A DNA stretch of 64,000 nt, taken from NCBI GenBank assembly GCA_963772835.1, contig CAVYYZ010000002.1, positions 384,001 to 448,000 on the forward strand. Direction: 5' to 3'. Of the stretch, positions 18,273 to 29,068 are shown piece after piece. This stretch comes from an uncultured delta proteobacterium (GTDB lineage: Bacteria > Desulfobacterota > Desulfuromonadia > Geobacterales > Pseudopelobacteraceae). The position numbers and the translations under genes are program-made. Under the pieces are notes generated by a model that ran no database searches, was not told where the DNA came from, and worked only from the letters and a program-made list of their open reading frames with translations. Numbering within the stretch: the first letter of the stretch is position 1; every line of letters begins with the position of its first letter.

Positions 18273-18779
18273 TCAATCTTTTTCGGCGAGTGTCAGCGCC
18301 TCTTTGTAGGTGGCCATTCTGCCGCCGTACTTACTGATGAATGCAGTTGCATCTTCGTGATTGGCAAAAGCCCATTTTGCTGTACGTGTCATAACTCCTT
18401 TTTTGCTCCCGCCGACTACCCAGACAGCCTTTTCGGCGTCGATCAGCTTCCTGCTGATCAGATCGGCAACCTCTACACCCTTAAGCGGCTTGTTCCTGCT
18501 GGCTTTCAACTCGGTAACGGTGCAATGGAGACTGCACACACCAACAGTGGTGGTGTCCGTATACGTAATCAACATTCGCGAACCGGCAAATTTTTCCCGA
18601 TCCATGCCGCAGTGCGGGCAGGCCCTGTGAATGATTACATCGGTGTGAGTGGATTCCACAGAGGCGATCTCAGCATGCGAACGACTATCTGCATGTGTTG
18701 GCTTATGTTCTGCCGCTGCTGTGCCGCCTCCAACCGTCAGGGAGAGAGCAGCAATCAGGGCACAAAGCGGTTTATTCAT
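18273..18779 (-). CDS. NosL-family metal-binding protein
   Basis: Signal peptide, His-rich N-terminus, CPHCGM, CSLHC and GVM...KWAF. Confidence 0.85.
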   Translation of the reverse strand: MNKPLCALIAALSLTVGGGTAAAEHKPTHADSRSHAEIASVESTHTDVIIHRACPHCGMDREKFAGSRMLITYTDTTTVGVCSLHCTVTELKASRNKPLKGVEVADLISRKLIDAEKAVWVVGGSKKGVMTRTAKWAFANHEDATAFISKYGGRMATYKEALTLAEKD

Positions 18780-18945
18780 GGCATGGTTCCTTTCGCCTTC
18801 TCTTCTTGTTCCACAATATAGCGCAAATAGCCCTGTCGTGCAACCGTGACCAGCCTGCGGAGATAAACATAGTTGACTTTACGGGGAGTTACTCTTAACA
18901 CTATACATGCAAGCACATCCAAACAGATACTCAAGGAACTGATCG

Positions 18946-21273
18946 ATGAATGTCAGCAAAAAACATATTCTGGCTCTTTTTCGGCGACATGAGGGGGTTG
19001 TCCACCTTGACAGCATCATGCGTGAGTTAGGCGGCCGCCATGTCAAGCGGGAGCTGAAGAATATGCTTGATGACATGGCCGATGACGGCGAAGTGGTTCG
19101 GATGAAGGGAAACAGTTACTCACTGCCGGAAAAGATGAAGAGTATCAGGGGAAGAATTTCTATTCACCGTGATGGTTACGGATTCGTGGCGCCCGAAGGA
19201 GGCGGCGAAGATATTTTTATTCCGTCTAAATTCCTTAAAGGTGCGCTTCACGGAGATCAGGTTGAAGCCAGCTCTTCTCCGAGCCGCATGGGAGGGAGCA
19301 AGCTCGACGGAAGGGTTCTGGCTGTGACCGAGCGCGTCACCAGCCGTATTGTCGGGCGCTATGAAGAAACCCGGCGCGGCGCTATAGTCATCCCCGAGGA
19401 TCAGCGCCTGAACCTGGTGGTGTCGATCCCTGCTAAAGGTCGCGGGAGAGCGGAAGACGGTCATCAGGTCGTGGCAGAATTAACTTCATATCCGACCGGA
19501 GGACGCCCGGCCGAAGGAAAAATTATTGAGGTCCTGGGGTGGCCGAATGACCCTGAAGTAGAGATTCAGTCTGTGATCCGCCGCTTCGACCTGCCGCACC
19601 TCTTTGGCCCGGATGTGCTTGCCGAAGCAGATGGGATTACCGATGCCGTCTCCCATGACGATCTGAGGGGGCGAGTTGACCTCCGCACGATGCCGACCGT
19701 TACCATTGACGGCGAAACGGCCCGCGATTTTGACGACGCTGTTTCCCTGCGTCGCGATGGTGAGAATTTCCGGCTTTGGGTCTCAATTGCCGACGTCTCC
19801 CACTATGTAAAAAAGGACAGCCCGCTTGATCGCGAGGCGTATCTGCGCGGAACTTCCGTCTACTTTCCGGACCGCTGCATCCCGATGCTCCCGGAACGCA
19901 TCTCCAACGGAATATGCTCACTCAACCCGCACGTTGACCGCCTGACCATGACGGCAGAAATGCTCTTTGATCGAACCGGCATCCTGCGTGAGTCATCCTT
20001 TTACCCCAGTGTCATAAATAGTGCGGCACGACTGACGTATACTATTGTCAAGCAGATTATTGTCGATGAGGATGCCGAGCTGGCTGACAAATACCGGCCG
20101 GTTTCTCCGATGCTGCGTGAGATGAAGGAGCTGGCACTGATTCTGATGGAAATGCGCAAAAAACGCGGCAGCATCGATTTTGATCTGCCCGAAGCGGAGA
20201 TCATCATCGGCCTGACCGGCCGGACAGAAGGAATTATCCGCGCAGAGCGCAATCTTGCCCACCAGCTGATCGAAGAATTCATGCTGGCGGCAAACGAAGC
20301 GGTGGCACGCTCCATCACTGCCCGGAGCATTCCGTTTCTGTATCGTGTTCATGAAAACCCGGACCCGGCCAAGCTGCATACTTTTCAGGAGTTTGTGTAT
20401 GGATTCGGCTACGAATTCAGTCTGGTTGAAGAGAAAGTAAAGCCTTCAGAACTACAGCGACTTCTGGCTCAGGCTGACGGCCGCCCCGAAGAGCGCATGA
20501 TCAACTATGCCCTGCTTCGATGTATGAAACAGGCCCGTTATGCCGCCGAAAACGTCGGACATTTCGGGCTTGCATCAGAGTGCTACTGTCATTTTACCTC
20601 TCCAATCCGTCGGTATCCCGATCTGGTAGTGCACCGGATATTGAAGGCGACACTCGCCATATCAGTAGAGAAAGAGGGGGGAAACAAGCGCGCCTTAAAA
20701 CAGCTCGCCATTGCCACCGAACGACTGGGAGAGGTCGCCGAACATACCAGCAAGCGTGAGCGGGTGGCGATGGAGGCCGAGCGGGACGTGGTGGAGATGA
20801 AGAAACTGCAGTACATGCAGCAGCATGTGGGAGATCAGTTTGACGGGTATATTACCGGGGTAACAGGTTTCGGCTTTTTCGTGGAGCTTGAAGAGCTTTT
20901 CGTAGAAGGATTAGTCCATATCTCAACCCTGACTGATGACGTATACAGCCATGCCGAAAAGCAGCACTCCCTCACAGGACGGCGAACCGGAACCATCTTC
21001 CGGATCGGTGATGCGGCCCGGGTCATGGTTGCTTCGGTATCACCGGGCACACGGCGTATCGAGTTTGTACTGACGACACACTCAGCCTCCTCCCCCGCAC
21101 CCCGGGCAGACAATGGGAAGTCCGGATCAGAAGAATATCCGCGCATTCCCCTGCGCGGAAAACGGCTGCCGGGACCAATACAGCCGCGGGGTGAGGGTCA
21201 CGGCAAAAGCAGTAAAGAGAATAATGACGGCAGATCCGGTAAAGGGAACGCCACCCCCCGGAAGCGGCGATAA
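18946..21273 (+). CDS. rnr: ribonuclease R
   Basis: HRDGYGF cold-shock domain, TIDGETARDFDDA, HFTSPIRRYPDL and an S1 domain. Confidence 0.97.
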   Translation: MNVSKKHILALFRRHEGVVHLDSIMRELGGRHVKRELKNMLDDMADDGEVVRMKGNSYSLPEKMKSIRGRISIHRDGYGFVAPEGGGEDIFIPSKFLKGALHGDQVEASSSPSRMGGSKLDGRVLAVTERVTSRIVGRYEETRRGAIVIPEDQRLNLVVSIPAKGRGRAEDGHQVVAELTSYPTGGRPAEGKIIEVLGWPNDPEVEIQSVIRRFDLPHLFGPDVLAEADGITDAVSHDDLRGRVDLRTMPTVTIDGETARDFDDAVSLRRDGENFRLWVSIADVSHYVKKDSPLDREAYLRGTSVYFPDRCIPMLPERISNGICSLNPHVDRLTMTAEMLFDRTGILRESSFYPSVINSAARLTYTIVKQIIVDEDAELADKYRPVSPMLREMKELALILMEMRKKRGSIDFDLPEAEIIIGLTGRTEGIIRAERNLAHQLIEEFMLAANEAVARSITARSIPFLYRVHENPDPAKLHTFQEFVYGFGYEFSLVEEKVKPSELQRLLAQADGRPEERMINYALLRCMKQARYAAENVGHFGLASECYCHFTSPIRRYPDLVVHRILKATLAISVEKEGGNKRALKQLAIATERLGEVAEHTSKRERVAMEAERDVVEMKKLQYMQQHVGDQFDGYITGVTGFGFFVELEELFVEGLVHISTLTDDVYSHAEKQHSLTGRRTGTIFRIGDAARVMVASVSPGTRRIEFVLTTHSASSPAPRADNGKSGSEEYPRIPLRGKRLPGPIQPRGEGHGKSSKENNDGRSGKGNATPRKRR

Positions 21274-21330
21274 ATCAGATTGTGGCAAATCAGGTTGCAA
21301 GCCGGCACACCACTGTGATAGGTACGTAGG

Positions 21331-22176
21331 ATGAGCGAAGAAAAAGTTGCCCCTTTTATTGAACATCTGGTTGAACTGCGCAAGCGGCTCGTAATCATTG
21401 TTATCGCTGTTGTAGTCGGGATGGGGGTCGCCTGGAGCTTCTCCAGTGATCTCCTCAAATTCATCGAAAAACCGTTGACCGGCAAGACCTATCTGACAGA
21501 GATAAAGAAGGACATCTATCTCAAAGTCAAAGAGCTTGCACCTTCAATGTATACCCGCTACAAACTCGACCAGGAAATAAACGTCCCCCAGAAACAGCGG
21601 CCTCTTAACTACAGTGCACCTCTGGAACCTTTTTTCATTCAGTGCAAAATTTCGATGCTGGCCGGATTTGTCATGGTTCTGCCGATCGTTTTCTATCAGC
21701 TCTGGCTTTTTATCGCCCCCGGTCTGACCCGGCGAGAACGAAGAATGGTAGTTCCTTTTGTTACGGCTTCCACTGTGACTTTCTGCATCGGTGCCATGTT
21801 TTTTCTGATCATAATCTGGCCGGTGATTATCAACTTTTCTCTGTCGTATGAGGCCGAAGGGCTGCAAAGCTGGTTCAATATAAGCGCGTATGTGAATTTC
21901 TGCCTGCGGCTGATTCTAATGTTCGGTCTGATATTTGAGCTGCCGGTATTAACCCTTATCCTGGCACGGTTCGGATTAGTGAGTTACCAGTTTCTGGCAC
22001 CAAAACGGAAATACGCACTGTTGGCCAGTTCGGTCGTCGCCGCTTTTCATGCCGACCTGATCACCATGTTCGTCATTATGATCCCGATGTACCTTATGTA
22101 CGAAATCAGTGTCTGGGTGGCGCTGATTTTCGGCAGAAAAAAAGCTCCGATCGCGGATGTGAGCGTATCAAATTAG
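21331..22176 (+). CDS. tatC: twin-arginine translocase subunit TatC
   Basis: EHLVELRKRL, YQLWLFIAPGL and FGLIFELP. Confidence 0.95.
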   Translation: MSEEKVAPFIEHLVELRKRLVIIVIAVVVGMGVAWSFSSDLLKFIEKPLTGKTYLTEIKKDIYLKVKELAPSMYTRYKLDQEINVPQKQRPLNYSAPLEPFFIQCKISMLAGFVMVLPIVFYQLWLFIAPGLTRRERRMVVPFVTASTVTFCIGAMFFLIIIWPVIINFSLSYEAEGLQSWFNISAYVNFCLRLILMFGLIFELPVLTLILARFGLVSYQFLAPKRKYALLASSVVAAFHADLITMFVIMIPMYLMYEISVWVALIFGRKKAPIADVSVSN

Positions 22177-22277
22177 AAACTGCTTCCTCCGATATATCGA
22201 CAGCAGATAATTTCATGTACGAACGTTCTCCGATTGGTATGTGTGGATCACACAACAGTGCAAAACGATTATTACTG

Positions 22278-22326
22278 TTGACAAGAGGGAGTGAAACACC
22301 TAAAAGGATATATAATGTCCTTTTAG
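22278..22326 (+). promoter_or_regulatory. promoter with overlapping palindromic operator (probable Rrf2 autoregulatory site)
   Basis: TTGACA at 22278. CTAAAAGGATA-TATAA-TGTCCTTTTAG at 22300-22326 has 10/11 matching arms. Confidence 0.6.
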
Positions 22327-22485
22327 TGCTTTAGAGGTCGTTTTCCGAGGTTTTCAGTATGTTTATTTCTGTTAGCTGCAATCTAACTTCATAAATTAAT
22401 TTGTGCCCGTACGTATCCCGTTTGCAGGGGCGGTTAGAGACCTGCCTTAGCCACGTATCCTGTTTGTGAGGACTAAAGGTTTTAT

Positions 22486-22896
22486 ATGATGGAATTAACT
22501 CGTAAGGGTGAATATGCAATCCGGGGCATCGTGTACCTGGCGGGAAAACCTATTGAAAAAGTCTGCCTGCTGAGTGATATCGCAGCTGCAGTTGATGTCC
22601 CCCCCACGTTCCTTGCCAAAATATTCCAGCAGTTCAGTAAAATGGGCCTGGTCAAATCGTTCAGAGGAACCGGTGGTGGTTTTATGCTCGGGCGCCACCC
22701 CGAAAACATTACCCTCCTGGAAGTCGTCGAAGCGGTCGAAGGGCCGATAATTCCGAACCGTTGCGTCGTAACGCCTTCCGATTGTGGACGCTCCGGCTAC
22801 TGCAATGTTCATCCGGTATGGAAGCAGGTCCAGAAGGAGGTTCGTGGTGTTCTGGAGGGGGTGACTCTCAAAGATCTTGCCTCAGGAGAAAAATAG
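22486..22896 (+). CDS. Rrf2-family transcriptional regulator (three Cys, Fe-S type)
   Basis: TRKGEYAIR, SFRGTGGGF and C-x5-C-x5-C. Confidence 0.93.
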   Translation: MMELTRKGEYAIRGIVYLAGKPIEKVCLLSDIAAAVDVPPTFLAKIFQQFSKMGLVKSFRGTGGGFMLGRHPENITLLEVVEAVEGPIIPNRCVVTPSDCGRSGYCNVHPVWKQVQKEVRGVLEGVTLKDLASGEK

Positions 22897-23130
22897 AGCA
22901 TAACCATCTGTTTTTATTGATTATCATTGAAATTAAATTGACACCCTCCAACTTACCATGTATTGTCCGCACCAATTGTTACTGAATTTCCAAAGTCCCG
23001 CTAAGGGATTTTGGCGTTTTCAGGGACAAAATACCTCAGAAAGGAGCATCCCGCCGGAGATACGCCCTCGCAGTTTGTGGGCAACGACGCCGCTCCGGCA
23101 AAGCCGATACAACTTCCCTACTCTATTATT

Positions 23131-23757
23131 ATGCGAAAAATTATCTATCTAATGTGCATGTTTTTATTGACAGCATGCGAAAACGCCCCGTTTAGCCTTG
23201 AAGGAATCCAAACGACCACATCGCTGGCCACCGAACCGTCCATTCTCGACAACAGCAGCATTTCCCTCATTCAAAGAAAAAAACAACAGGCTGTTATAGA
23301 GTCTGCCTTTATGCGCAGAACTTCACCTGAGCGCGCTCATCAGCTGGCGGTAATCTGTTTTGACAAAACAGCGGGTACCGTTTTTATGCCCTTTGACCTG
23401 GCTGAGATTGCACTGGTAGAAACTGGCGGTCACCGGCTCTCATCACGTGCCGTTTCGTCCCGGGGGGCACTGGGAGTCTGGCAGTTGATGCCGCGACGCG
23501 CCAAAAGCCACGGCTACTCACCCGACGACATGCAAGACGATCGCAAATGCGCCGAGGCCGCAGTCTGTGAGCTTTATACTAAACTCGACATGGCGCAGGG
23601 AAACCTTGAACGTGCCAAAAAATATTATTGCGGACAGGGACCACAAGCAACTGCATATATGAAAAAGATTAGAGCAGTCCGGCAGGAGATGATGGCGGAA
23701 CTCAACCTTCAGGGAGACAAACTGGCCTTAGCCGACTCGGCATCCGTTATCCGTTGA
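23131..23757 (+). CDS. lytic transglycosylase (SLT domain) lipoprotein
   Basis: Lipobox LTAC, catalytic VET and AVSSRGALGVWQLMP. Confidence 0.85.
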   Translation: MRKIIYLMCMFLLTACENAPFSLEGIQTTTSLATEPSILDNSSISLIQRKKQQAVIESAFMRRTSPERAHQLAVICFDKTAGTVFMPFDLAEIALVETGGHRLSSRAVSSRGALGVWQLMPRRAKSHGYSPDDMQDDRKCAEAAVCELYTKLDMAQGNLERAKKYYCGQGPQATAYMKKIRAVRQEMMAELNLQGDKLALADSASVIR

Positions 23758-23798
23758 TCAAACGGGCATCACGGGTGTTTTTTCTTGATATGAAACTG

Positions 23799-23828
23799 GC
23801 CGCTCTGCTATAGTCGAGCGGCTTTTTT
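23799..23828 (+). terminator. intrinsic terminator
   Basis: GCCGCTC...GAGCGGC followed by a T6 run. Confidence 0.6.
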
Positions 23829-23860
23829 GTTGTTGGCATCTTTTCAGGACAGGAGTTTAT

Positions 23861-26020
23861 GTGGAGAGAGGAACGTACTCCGAAAGTTCAACCGGCCTCA
23901 CGCTTCGCACCAAGATGGTGCTTCTTTCTGCGGCTGCGTTTGTTGGTATCCTGCTGGTAGGCATGATCAACCTGTTTATGATAAATGAAGTCAGGATCGG
24001 CGGTTCAGCATACCGATATATTCAAAAGGACAAGGATGCTCTCGAAAGCATAGCCTTACTGAAGTCAGACCTTTTTCAGATAAACAGTGAAATGCAAAAC
24101 TTCATGCTTGAAGTACGCCCCGAAACCACTCAAAAAAATATTACCTCCATAATAAACCTCACAAACGATATTGAACTCCAATTTGGAATCGCCCTTGAGT
24201 CGGTGGACTCACCCGGGAAGCATGCGGCAATAAACAAGGCCAACAGCATCTGGAAGGAATATCAGAAAACGTTACTGAATGATGTCCTCCCGGCCGCTTC
24301 CAAAGGTGACACGCATACGGCCAGACTTCTTATGGCCGGGATCCAGACGGAACGATTCAGTCTGTTCAGCAAGGCCGTTGTGCAGATGGTTGACCGTATC
24401 AGACAGGATGTCAGTGCCACCGAGCAGCAGGTCGCGGAAAGCATCAAAATAAAAATAACCGGATCTGTAGCAGTTACGCTTGCAGTTATCGCCCTGATCG
24501 CTCTGTTTTCGTATTTTATTACGATCTCGATTACCAGGCCGCTGAGAAGCTGCGTAGATTTTGCCAAATCAATGGCTGACGGAAAACTCGATGCCCGACT
24601 GAAGATCAATGGAGGGGGAGAGGCCGCCGATCTGGCTCATGCAATGAATATCATGGCCGAGAATCTCCATAGCATGGTTTCGCGTATCGGCTCTGCATCG
24701 GAAGTGCTCACCTCCATCGATAACAATCTTGAGAGTGCTTCCCGCCAAGTAGTAAATTCCGCACAGATGCAGGAAAAATCTGTGTCGGAAACATCACAGG
24801 CCGTTGTGCAAATAAATGAATCTGTGCATGAAGTATATGCCGGAATAGACAAACTCTCGGAATCTGCAACTGAGACTTCGTCCTCATCACTTGAAATGGC
24901 TGCGACCATTGAAGAAATCGCGATGAGCGCGGAAAAGCTAGGGGAGTCGGTTGAAGAAATAAGCTCTTCCATCACGCAAATGACCACTTCAATAAAAGAG
25001 ATCGGTACGAGCATCATTAATTTACTTGACGCTTCAACGACAACGGCTTCATCCATTGCCGAGATGGACGCAACTATCAAGCAGGTAGAAAAAAACGCCA
25101 TGGATTCAGCTGCTATTTCAGAAACCGTTCGTAGTGACGCCGAGATCGGAAAAAGTGCGGTTCTCGAAGCGATTGCCGGCATGCATGCAATCAGAGCTTC
25201 GTCACAGATAACTTCTGAAGTTGTTGAAACCCTTTCGGTACGGGTAAATGATATCGGGGCCATTCTTTCCGTTATCGATGAAGTTGCGGAGCAGACCAAT
25301 CTTCTTGCGCTCAATGCTGCTATTATTGCAGCTCAGGCCGGTGAACATGGCAAGGGATTTGCGGTCGTTGCCGATGAGATTCGGGAACTGGCTGAAAGGA
25401 CCAGCAGCTCCACCCGGGAAATTGCAGCGGTCATAAAAGGTGTTCAGGAAGAGACGAGACGTGCCGTGGATGCAATAAGCAAAGCAGAGGATAGTATCGC
25501 CGCAGGCGAGAGACTGTCACAGCGTTCCGGCACCGCACTTGAGAAGATATTTTCCGGAGTCCAGCGCACGGGAATTCAGGTAAGCGAGATTGCCAAGGCA
25601 ACCGTTGAACAGGCACGGGGAAGCAAGAGTATTCGGGAAGCGATGGAACGTGTTGAAGATATGGTCGAAAGCATCGCCAATTCTTCCCGGGAGCACTCCT
25701 GTGGCGCCGATATGATTTCTTCAGCGGTGGAGCGAATGAAAGATCTCACTATCCATGTCCGTACTTCGACCCGTGAGCAGAGTAAGGCAAGTAATTTGAT
25801 AGCCCGGTCAGCGGAAGATGTTACCTCCATGGTGGATCAGATTCGCGAAGCGTGCCGTTCACAGATAAACAGCAGTGCCTTGATATCAAAATCGGTTAAC
25901 AACATAGAAGGGCAAACGGTAGCAAACAGTCAGGCAACAAAAGTCATGAATGCTGCCGTTGCCGACTTGACACATCAGATTGATCTGTTGGAGAAGGAGA
26001 TGGCCGGTTTCAAAATATGA
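23861..26020 (+). CDS. methyl-accepting chemotaxis protein (four-helix sensor, HAMP, long signalling domain)
   Basis: Two TMs and [31 protein letters not shown]. Confidence 0.96.
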   Translation: MERGTYSESSTGLTLRTKMVLLSAAAFVGILLVGMINLFMINEVRIGGSAYRYIQKDKDALESIALLKSDLFQINSEMQNFMLEVRPETTQKNITSIINLTNDIELQFGIALESVDSPGKHAAINKANSIWKEYQKTLLNDVLPAASKGDTHTARLLMAGIQTERFSLFSKAVVQMVDRIRQDVSATEQQVAESIKIKITGSVAVTLAVIALIALFSYFITISITRPLRSCVDFAKSMADGKLDARLKINGGGEAADLAHAMNIMAENLHSMVSRIGSASEVLTSIDNNLESASRQVVNSAQMQEKSVSETSQAVVQINESVHEVYAGIDKLSESATETSSSSLEMAATIEEIAMSAEKLGESVEEISSSITQMTTSIKEIGTSIINLLDASTTTASSIAEMDATIKQVEKNAMDSAAISETVRSDAEIGKSAVLEAIAGMHAIRASSQITSEVVETLSVRVNDIGAILSVIDEVAEQTNLLALNAAIIAAQAGEHGKGFAVVADEIRELAERTSSSTREIAAVIKGVQEETRRAVDAISKAEDSIAAGERLSQRSGTALEKIFSGVQRTGIQVSEIAKATVEQARGSKSIREAMERVEDMVESIANSSREHSCGADMISSAVERMKDLTIHVRTSTREQSKASNLIARSAEDVTSMVDQIREACRSQINSSALISKSVNNIEGQTVANSQATKVMNAAVADLTHQIDLLEKEMAGFKI

Positions 26021-26040
26021 CCGGTTGAATGATAATGACC

Positions 26041-26832
26041 ATGAGCAGACTTGCAACCCGCTTCAGCGCCCTTCAGACGCAACATGCCAAGGCCTTGGTG
26101 ACGTTTATTACAGCCGGAGACCCGGATCTGGCTGTGACTGAAGAAATGATCCATCTTCTTGAAGATGCCGGTGCCGATGTCATTGAACTCGGAGTTCCTT
26201 TTTCAGACCCGATGGCGGACGGTCCGACCATTCAGCTTTCTTCAGAGAGATCTCTGGCTTCGGGGACAACGCTTCACGGCATTCTGGAGATCGTAAAAAG
26301 GGTCCGCACCCGCTCCGGGATTCCAATTATTTTGATGGGATACCTCAACCCTGTTCATGCGTACGGATACGACAATTTTTGCCGGGACGCCTCTGAATCA
26401 GGAGTCGACGGAGTACTTCTGGTGGATATGCCGCCGGAAGAATCACGCGAGCTGATTGTCATGGCCCGCCAATACGGACTGGATGTGATCTTCCTGCTGA
26501 CACCCACCTCAGATGCCTCACGGATATCTTCTGTAGAGAGTCTTGGCAGCGGATTTGTGTATTACGTAACCGTAACCGGAGTCACGGGTGCAAGGGCCTC
26601 GGTTTCAGAAACACTTGCAGATGAACTCTTCCGGGTGAAACAGACTGTTTCACTCCCGGTAATGGCCGGGTTCGGGATCTCCACTCCATCGCAGGCGTCC
26701 GAGGTCGGGCAGCTGGCAGACGGAGTGGTCGTTGGCAGTGCCATCGTCAAGCTGTTCGAAAAGTACAGCGGAGAAGAGTTGAAACAGCAGCTTCGGAGCT
26801 ATGTCAGAAGCTTGAAAGATGCGCTCCGGTAG
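26041..26832 (+). CDS. trpA: tryptophan synthase alpha chain
   Basis: [18 protein letters not shown] and GVTG. Confidence 0.97.
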   Translation: MSRLATRFSALQTQHAKALVTFITAGDPDLAVTEEMIHLLEDAGADVIELGVPFSDPMADGPTIQLSSERSLASGTTLHGILEIVKRVRTRSGIPIILMGYLNPVHAYGYDNFCRDASESGVDGVLLVDMPPEESRELIVMARQYGLDVIFLLTPTSDASRISSVESLGSGFVYYVTVTGVTGARASVSETLADELFRVKQTVSLPVMAGFGISTPSQASEVGQLADGVVVGSAIVKLFEKYSGEELKQQLRSYVRSLKDALR

Positions 26833-26926
26833 TTTTAGGTCTCTCCTGCAAAAGGATGACAGACAGTCATCGTAGTGTACGGAATAGTTACAACCACTTA
26901 CATATTACGAAAGATGCGAGGTTATT

Positions 26927-27781
26927 ATGAGCTGGTTTACCAAAGAAAGAGTCGGTATTGAAAAATCCGGCGGCAATAAAGTTACATTTCCTGACGGTAT
27001 GTGGGTCAAGTGCCCGGGATGCTCCGAATCACTGTTAAGCAAAGATGTCGAAGCCAATCTGCAAGTCTGCCCGAAGTGCGGCCATCATTATCGTATTTCT
27101 GCACGCAAGCGACTCGAAGCACTGCTCGACGGCGGAACCTGGCAGGAATTTGATGCCGATATAACCTCTATAGATTTTCTTGAATTCAAAGATGCAAAAA
27201 GCTATCAGGAACGAATCGATGTAGCTCTCGCAAAAGGGGGATCAAAGGATGCGGTAATTTGCGTCGAAGGGGCCATAGAAAAGCTTCCGGTGCAGGTTTC
27301 CTGTTTCGATTTTTCCTTCATGGGTGGGAGCATGGGGAGCGTGGTGGGCGAAAAGATCACCCGTTCCATCGAACGGGGTCTGCAAAAAAATCAGCCGGTA
27401 ATCATTATCTCCGCTTCCGGCGGGGCCCGCATGCAGGAAAGCATACTCTCTTTGATGCAAATGGCCAAAACATCCGCAGCTTTGGCCAAACTTAAAAGAG
27501 CCGGCATTCCGTTTGTATCCTTGTTAACCGATCCTACTACCGGCGGGGTAACCGCCAGCTTTGCCATGCTTGGAGATATCAACATTGCCGAACCGAAAGC
27601 GCTGATCGGCTTTGCAGGCCCGCGGGTCATTGAACAGACGATCCGTCAGAAACTTCCCGAAGGATTTCAGCGAGCGGAATACCTGCTTGATCATGGCATG
27701 ATCGATGCGATAATCCCTCGTAATGAGATGCGTTCCAAACTTGCATCCATACTAAAAATGCTGCATCGTTCAACTGCCTGA
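26927..27781 (+). CDS. accD: acetyl-CoA carboxylase carboxyltransferase beta subunit
   Basis: CxxC...CxxC zinc finger, FMGGSMGSVVGEK and SGGARMQE. Confidence 0.97.
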   Translation: MSWFTKERVGIEKSGGNKVTFPDGMWVKCPGCSESLLSKDVEANLQVCPKCGHHYRISARKRLEALLDGGTWQEFDADITSIDFLEFKDAKSYQERIDVALAKGGSKDAVICVEGAIEKLPVQVSCFDFSFMGGSMGSVVGEKITRSIERGLQKNQPVIIISASGGARMQESILSLMQMAKTSAALAKLKRAGIPFVSLLTDPTTGGVTASFAMLGDINIAEPKALIGFAGPRVIEQTIRQKLPEGFQRAEYLLDHGMIDAIIPRNEMRSKLASILKMLHRSTA

Positions 27782-27782
27782 C

Positions 27783-29060
27783 ATGCCTCTGGTAGATGTG
27801 TTGGAAAAGCTTTACGCCCGTCGGCGCTTTGGTATACGACCAGGCGTCGACAGGGTCGAAAAGCTGCTCAGACGCCTGGATAATCCCGAAAAACATTTTC
27901 GCACCATTCATGTTGCCGGCACGAACGGCAAAGGCTCAACAGCGGCATTTCTCTCCTCGATTCTCCTCAACGCAGGGCACACGGTTGCCCAGTTCAGTTC
28001 ACCTCACCTGGTTCGTTTCACAGAGCGATTCAGAATAAACGGAAATGAATATTCGGCAGAAAAGCTGGCGGACAGACTGAGCATCGTACTGAAGGCAGCA
28101 CCGGAGGATGCTACTTTTTTCGAGATAACAACTGCTCTGGCAGCATTTATTTTCAGGGAGGAGCAGGTTGAGGTGGCTGTCATGGAAGCCGGAATGGGGG
28201 GCCGCTCCGATGCAACAGCCGCGTTTAATGGTGAAATGACGGTACTTACCCCGATTTCCCTCGATCATACCGAATATCTCGGGGGAACCCTCGAGGAGAT
28301 TGCCCGTGAGAAAGCCGGAATCATGAAACCCGGTACTCCCGTTATCAGTGCTGATCAGCCTGATGCGGTGCGGGTGGTACTTGAAGAGCAGAGCCGCAGT
28401 GAAAGCTGTATACTTAAGACGCTCGGCAAAGATTTTTCAGCTACCATGAATCTTAACGGCTCCTTTGATTACCATGGCATAGACAGAACCTTGCGACAAC
28501 TCACATCCGGCATGGCCGGTCGCTTCCAATCCGAAAATGCCGCTGTTGCTCTTGCAGCTGCCGAGGCTCTTGTATCAGGAGGCATGTCTATCGCCAGCCA
28601 GGCTTTTCAGGATGGTATTTCCAGGGCATGCTGGCCGGGCAGGATGGAACTGGTTTCCGGATCTCCGCGTCTGCTGCTGGATGGAGCACACAACGCTGCC
28701 GGGGCATCGGCTCTGGCTGAAGCACTGAAAGAGTATTCCTATTCACGACTGCTGCTCGTAACCGGGGTCTGTGATGACAAAGATATCGATCGGATATATG
28801 CACCTCTGATACCGCTTGCCGACGCAGTTTTCACGGTGACCCCTGCAATTGATCGAGGTATGAAAGATGAAATGCTTACTCTTTTTTTCAGCAAGGCGAG
28901 TGTTGCATCCCGGCCATGCGGCTCTGCAGTGGCCGGGGTCATTGCAGCCCGCAGCTTCGCATCTGAAAATGACCTTATTCTGGTGTGTGGTTCGCTCTTT
29001 GTAGTCGGCGAAGTCAAGGCATGGCTTGAACAGGTAAATTATACCGGAATCAGGGGCTGA
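27783..29060 (+). CDS. folC: bifunctional folylpolyglutamate/dihydrofolate synthase
   Basis: HVAGTNGKGST, EAGMGGR.D, DGAHN and GSLFVVG. Confidence 0.96.
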   Translation: MPLVDVLEKLYARRRFGIRPGVDRVEKLLRRLDNPEKHFRTIHVAGTNGKGSTAAFLSSILLNAGHTVAQFSSPHLVRFTERFRINGNEYSAEKLADRLSIVLKAAPEDATFFEITTALAAFIFREEQVEVAVMEAGMGGRSDATAAFNGEMTVLTPISLDHTEYLGGTLEEIAREKAGIMKPGTPVISADQPDAVRVVLEEQSRSESCILKTLGKDFSATMNLNGSFDYHGIDRTLRQLTSGMAGRFQSENAAVALAAAEALVSGGMSIASQAFQDGISRACWPGRMELVSGSPRLLLDGAHNAAGASALAEALKEYSYSRLLLVTGVCDDKDIDRIYAPLIPLADAVFTVTPAIDRGMKDEMLTLFFSKASVASRPCGSAVAGVIAARSFASENDLILVCGSLFVVGEVKAWLEQVNYTGIRG

Positions 29061-29068
29061 TAGTTTCA

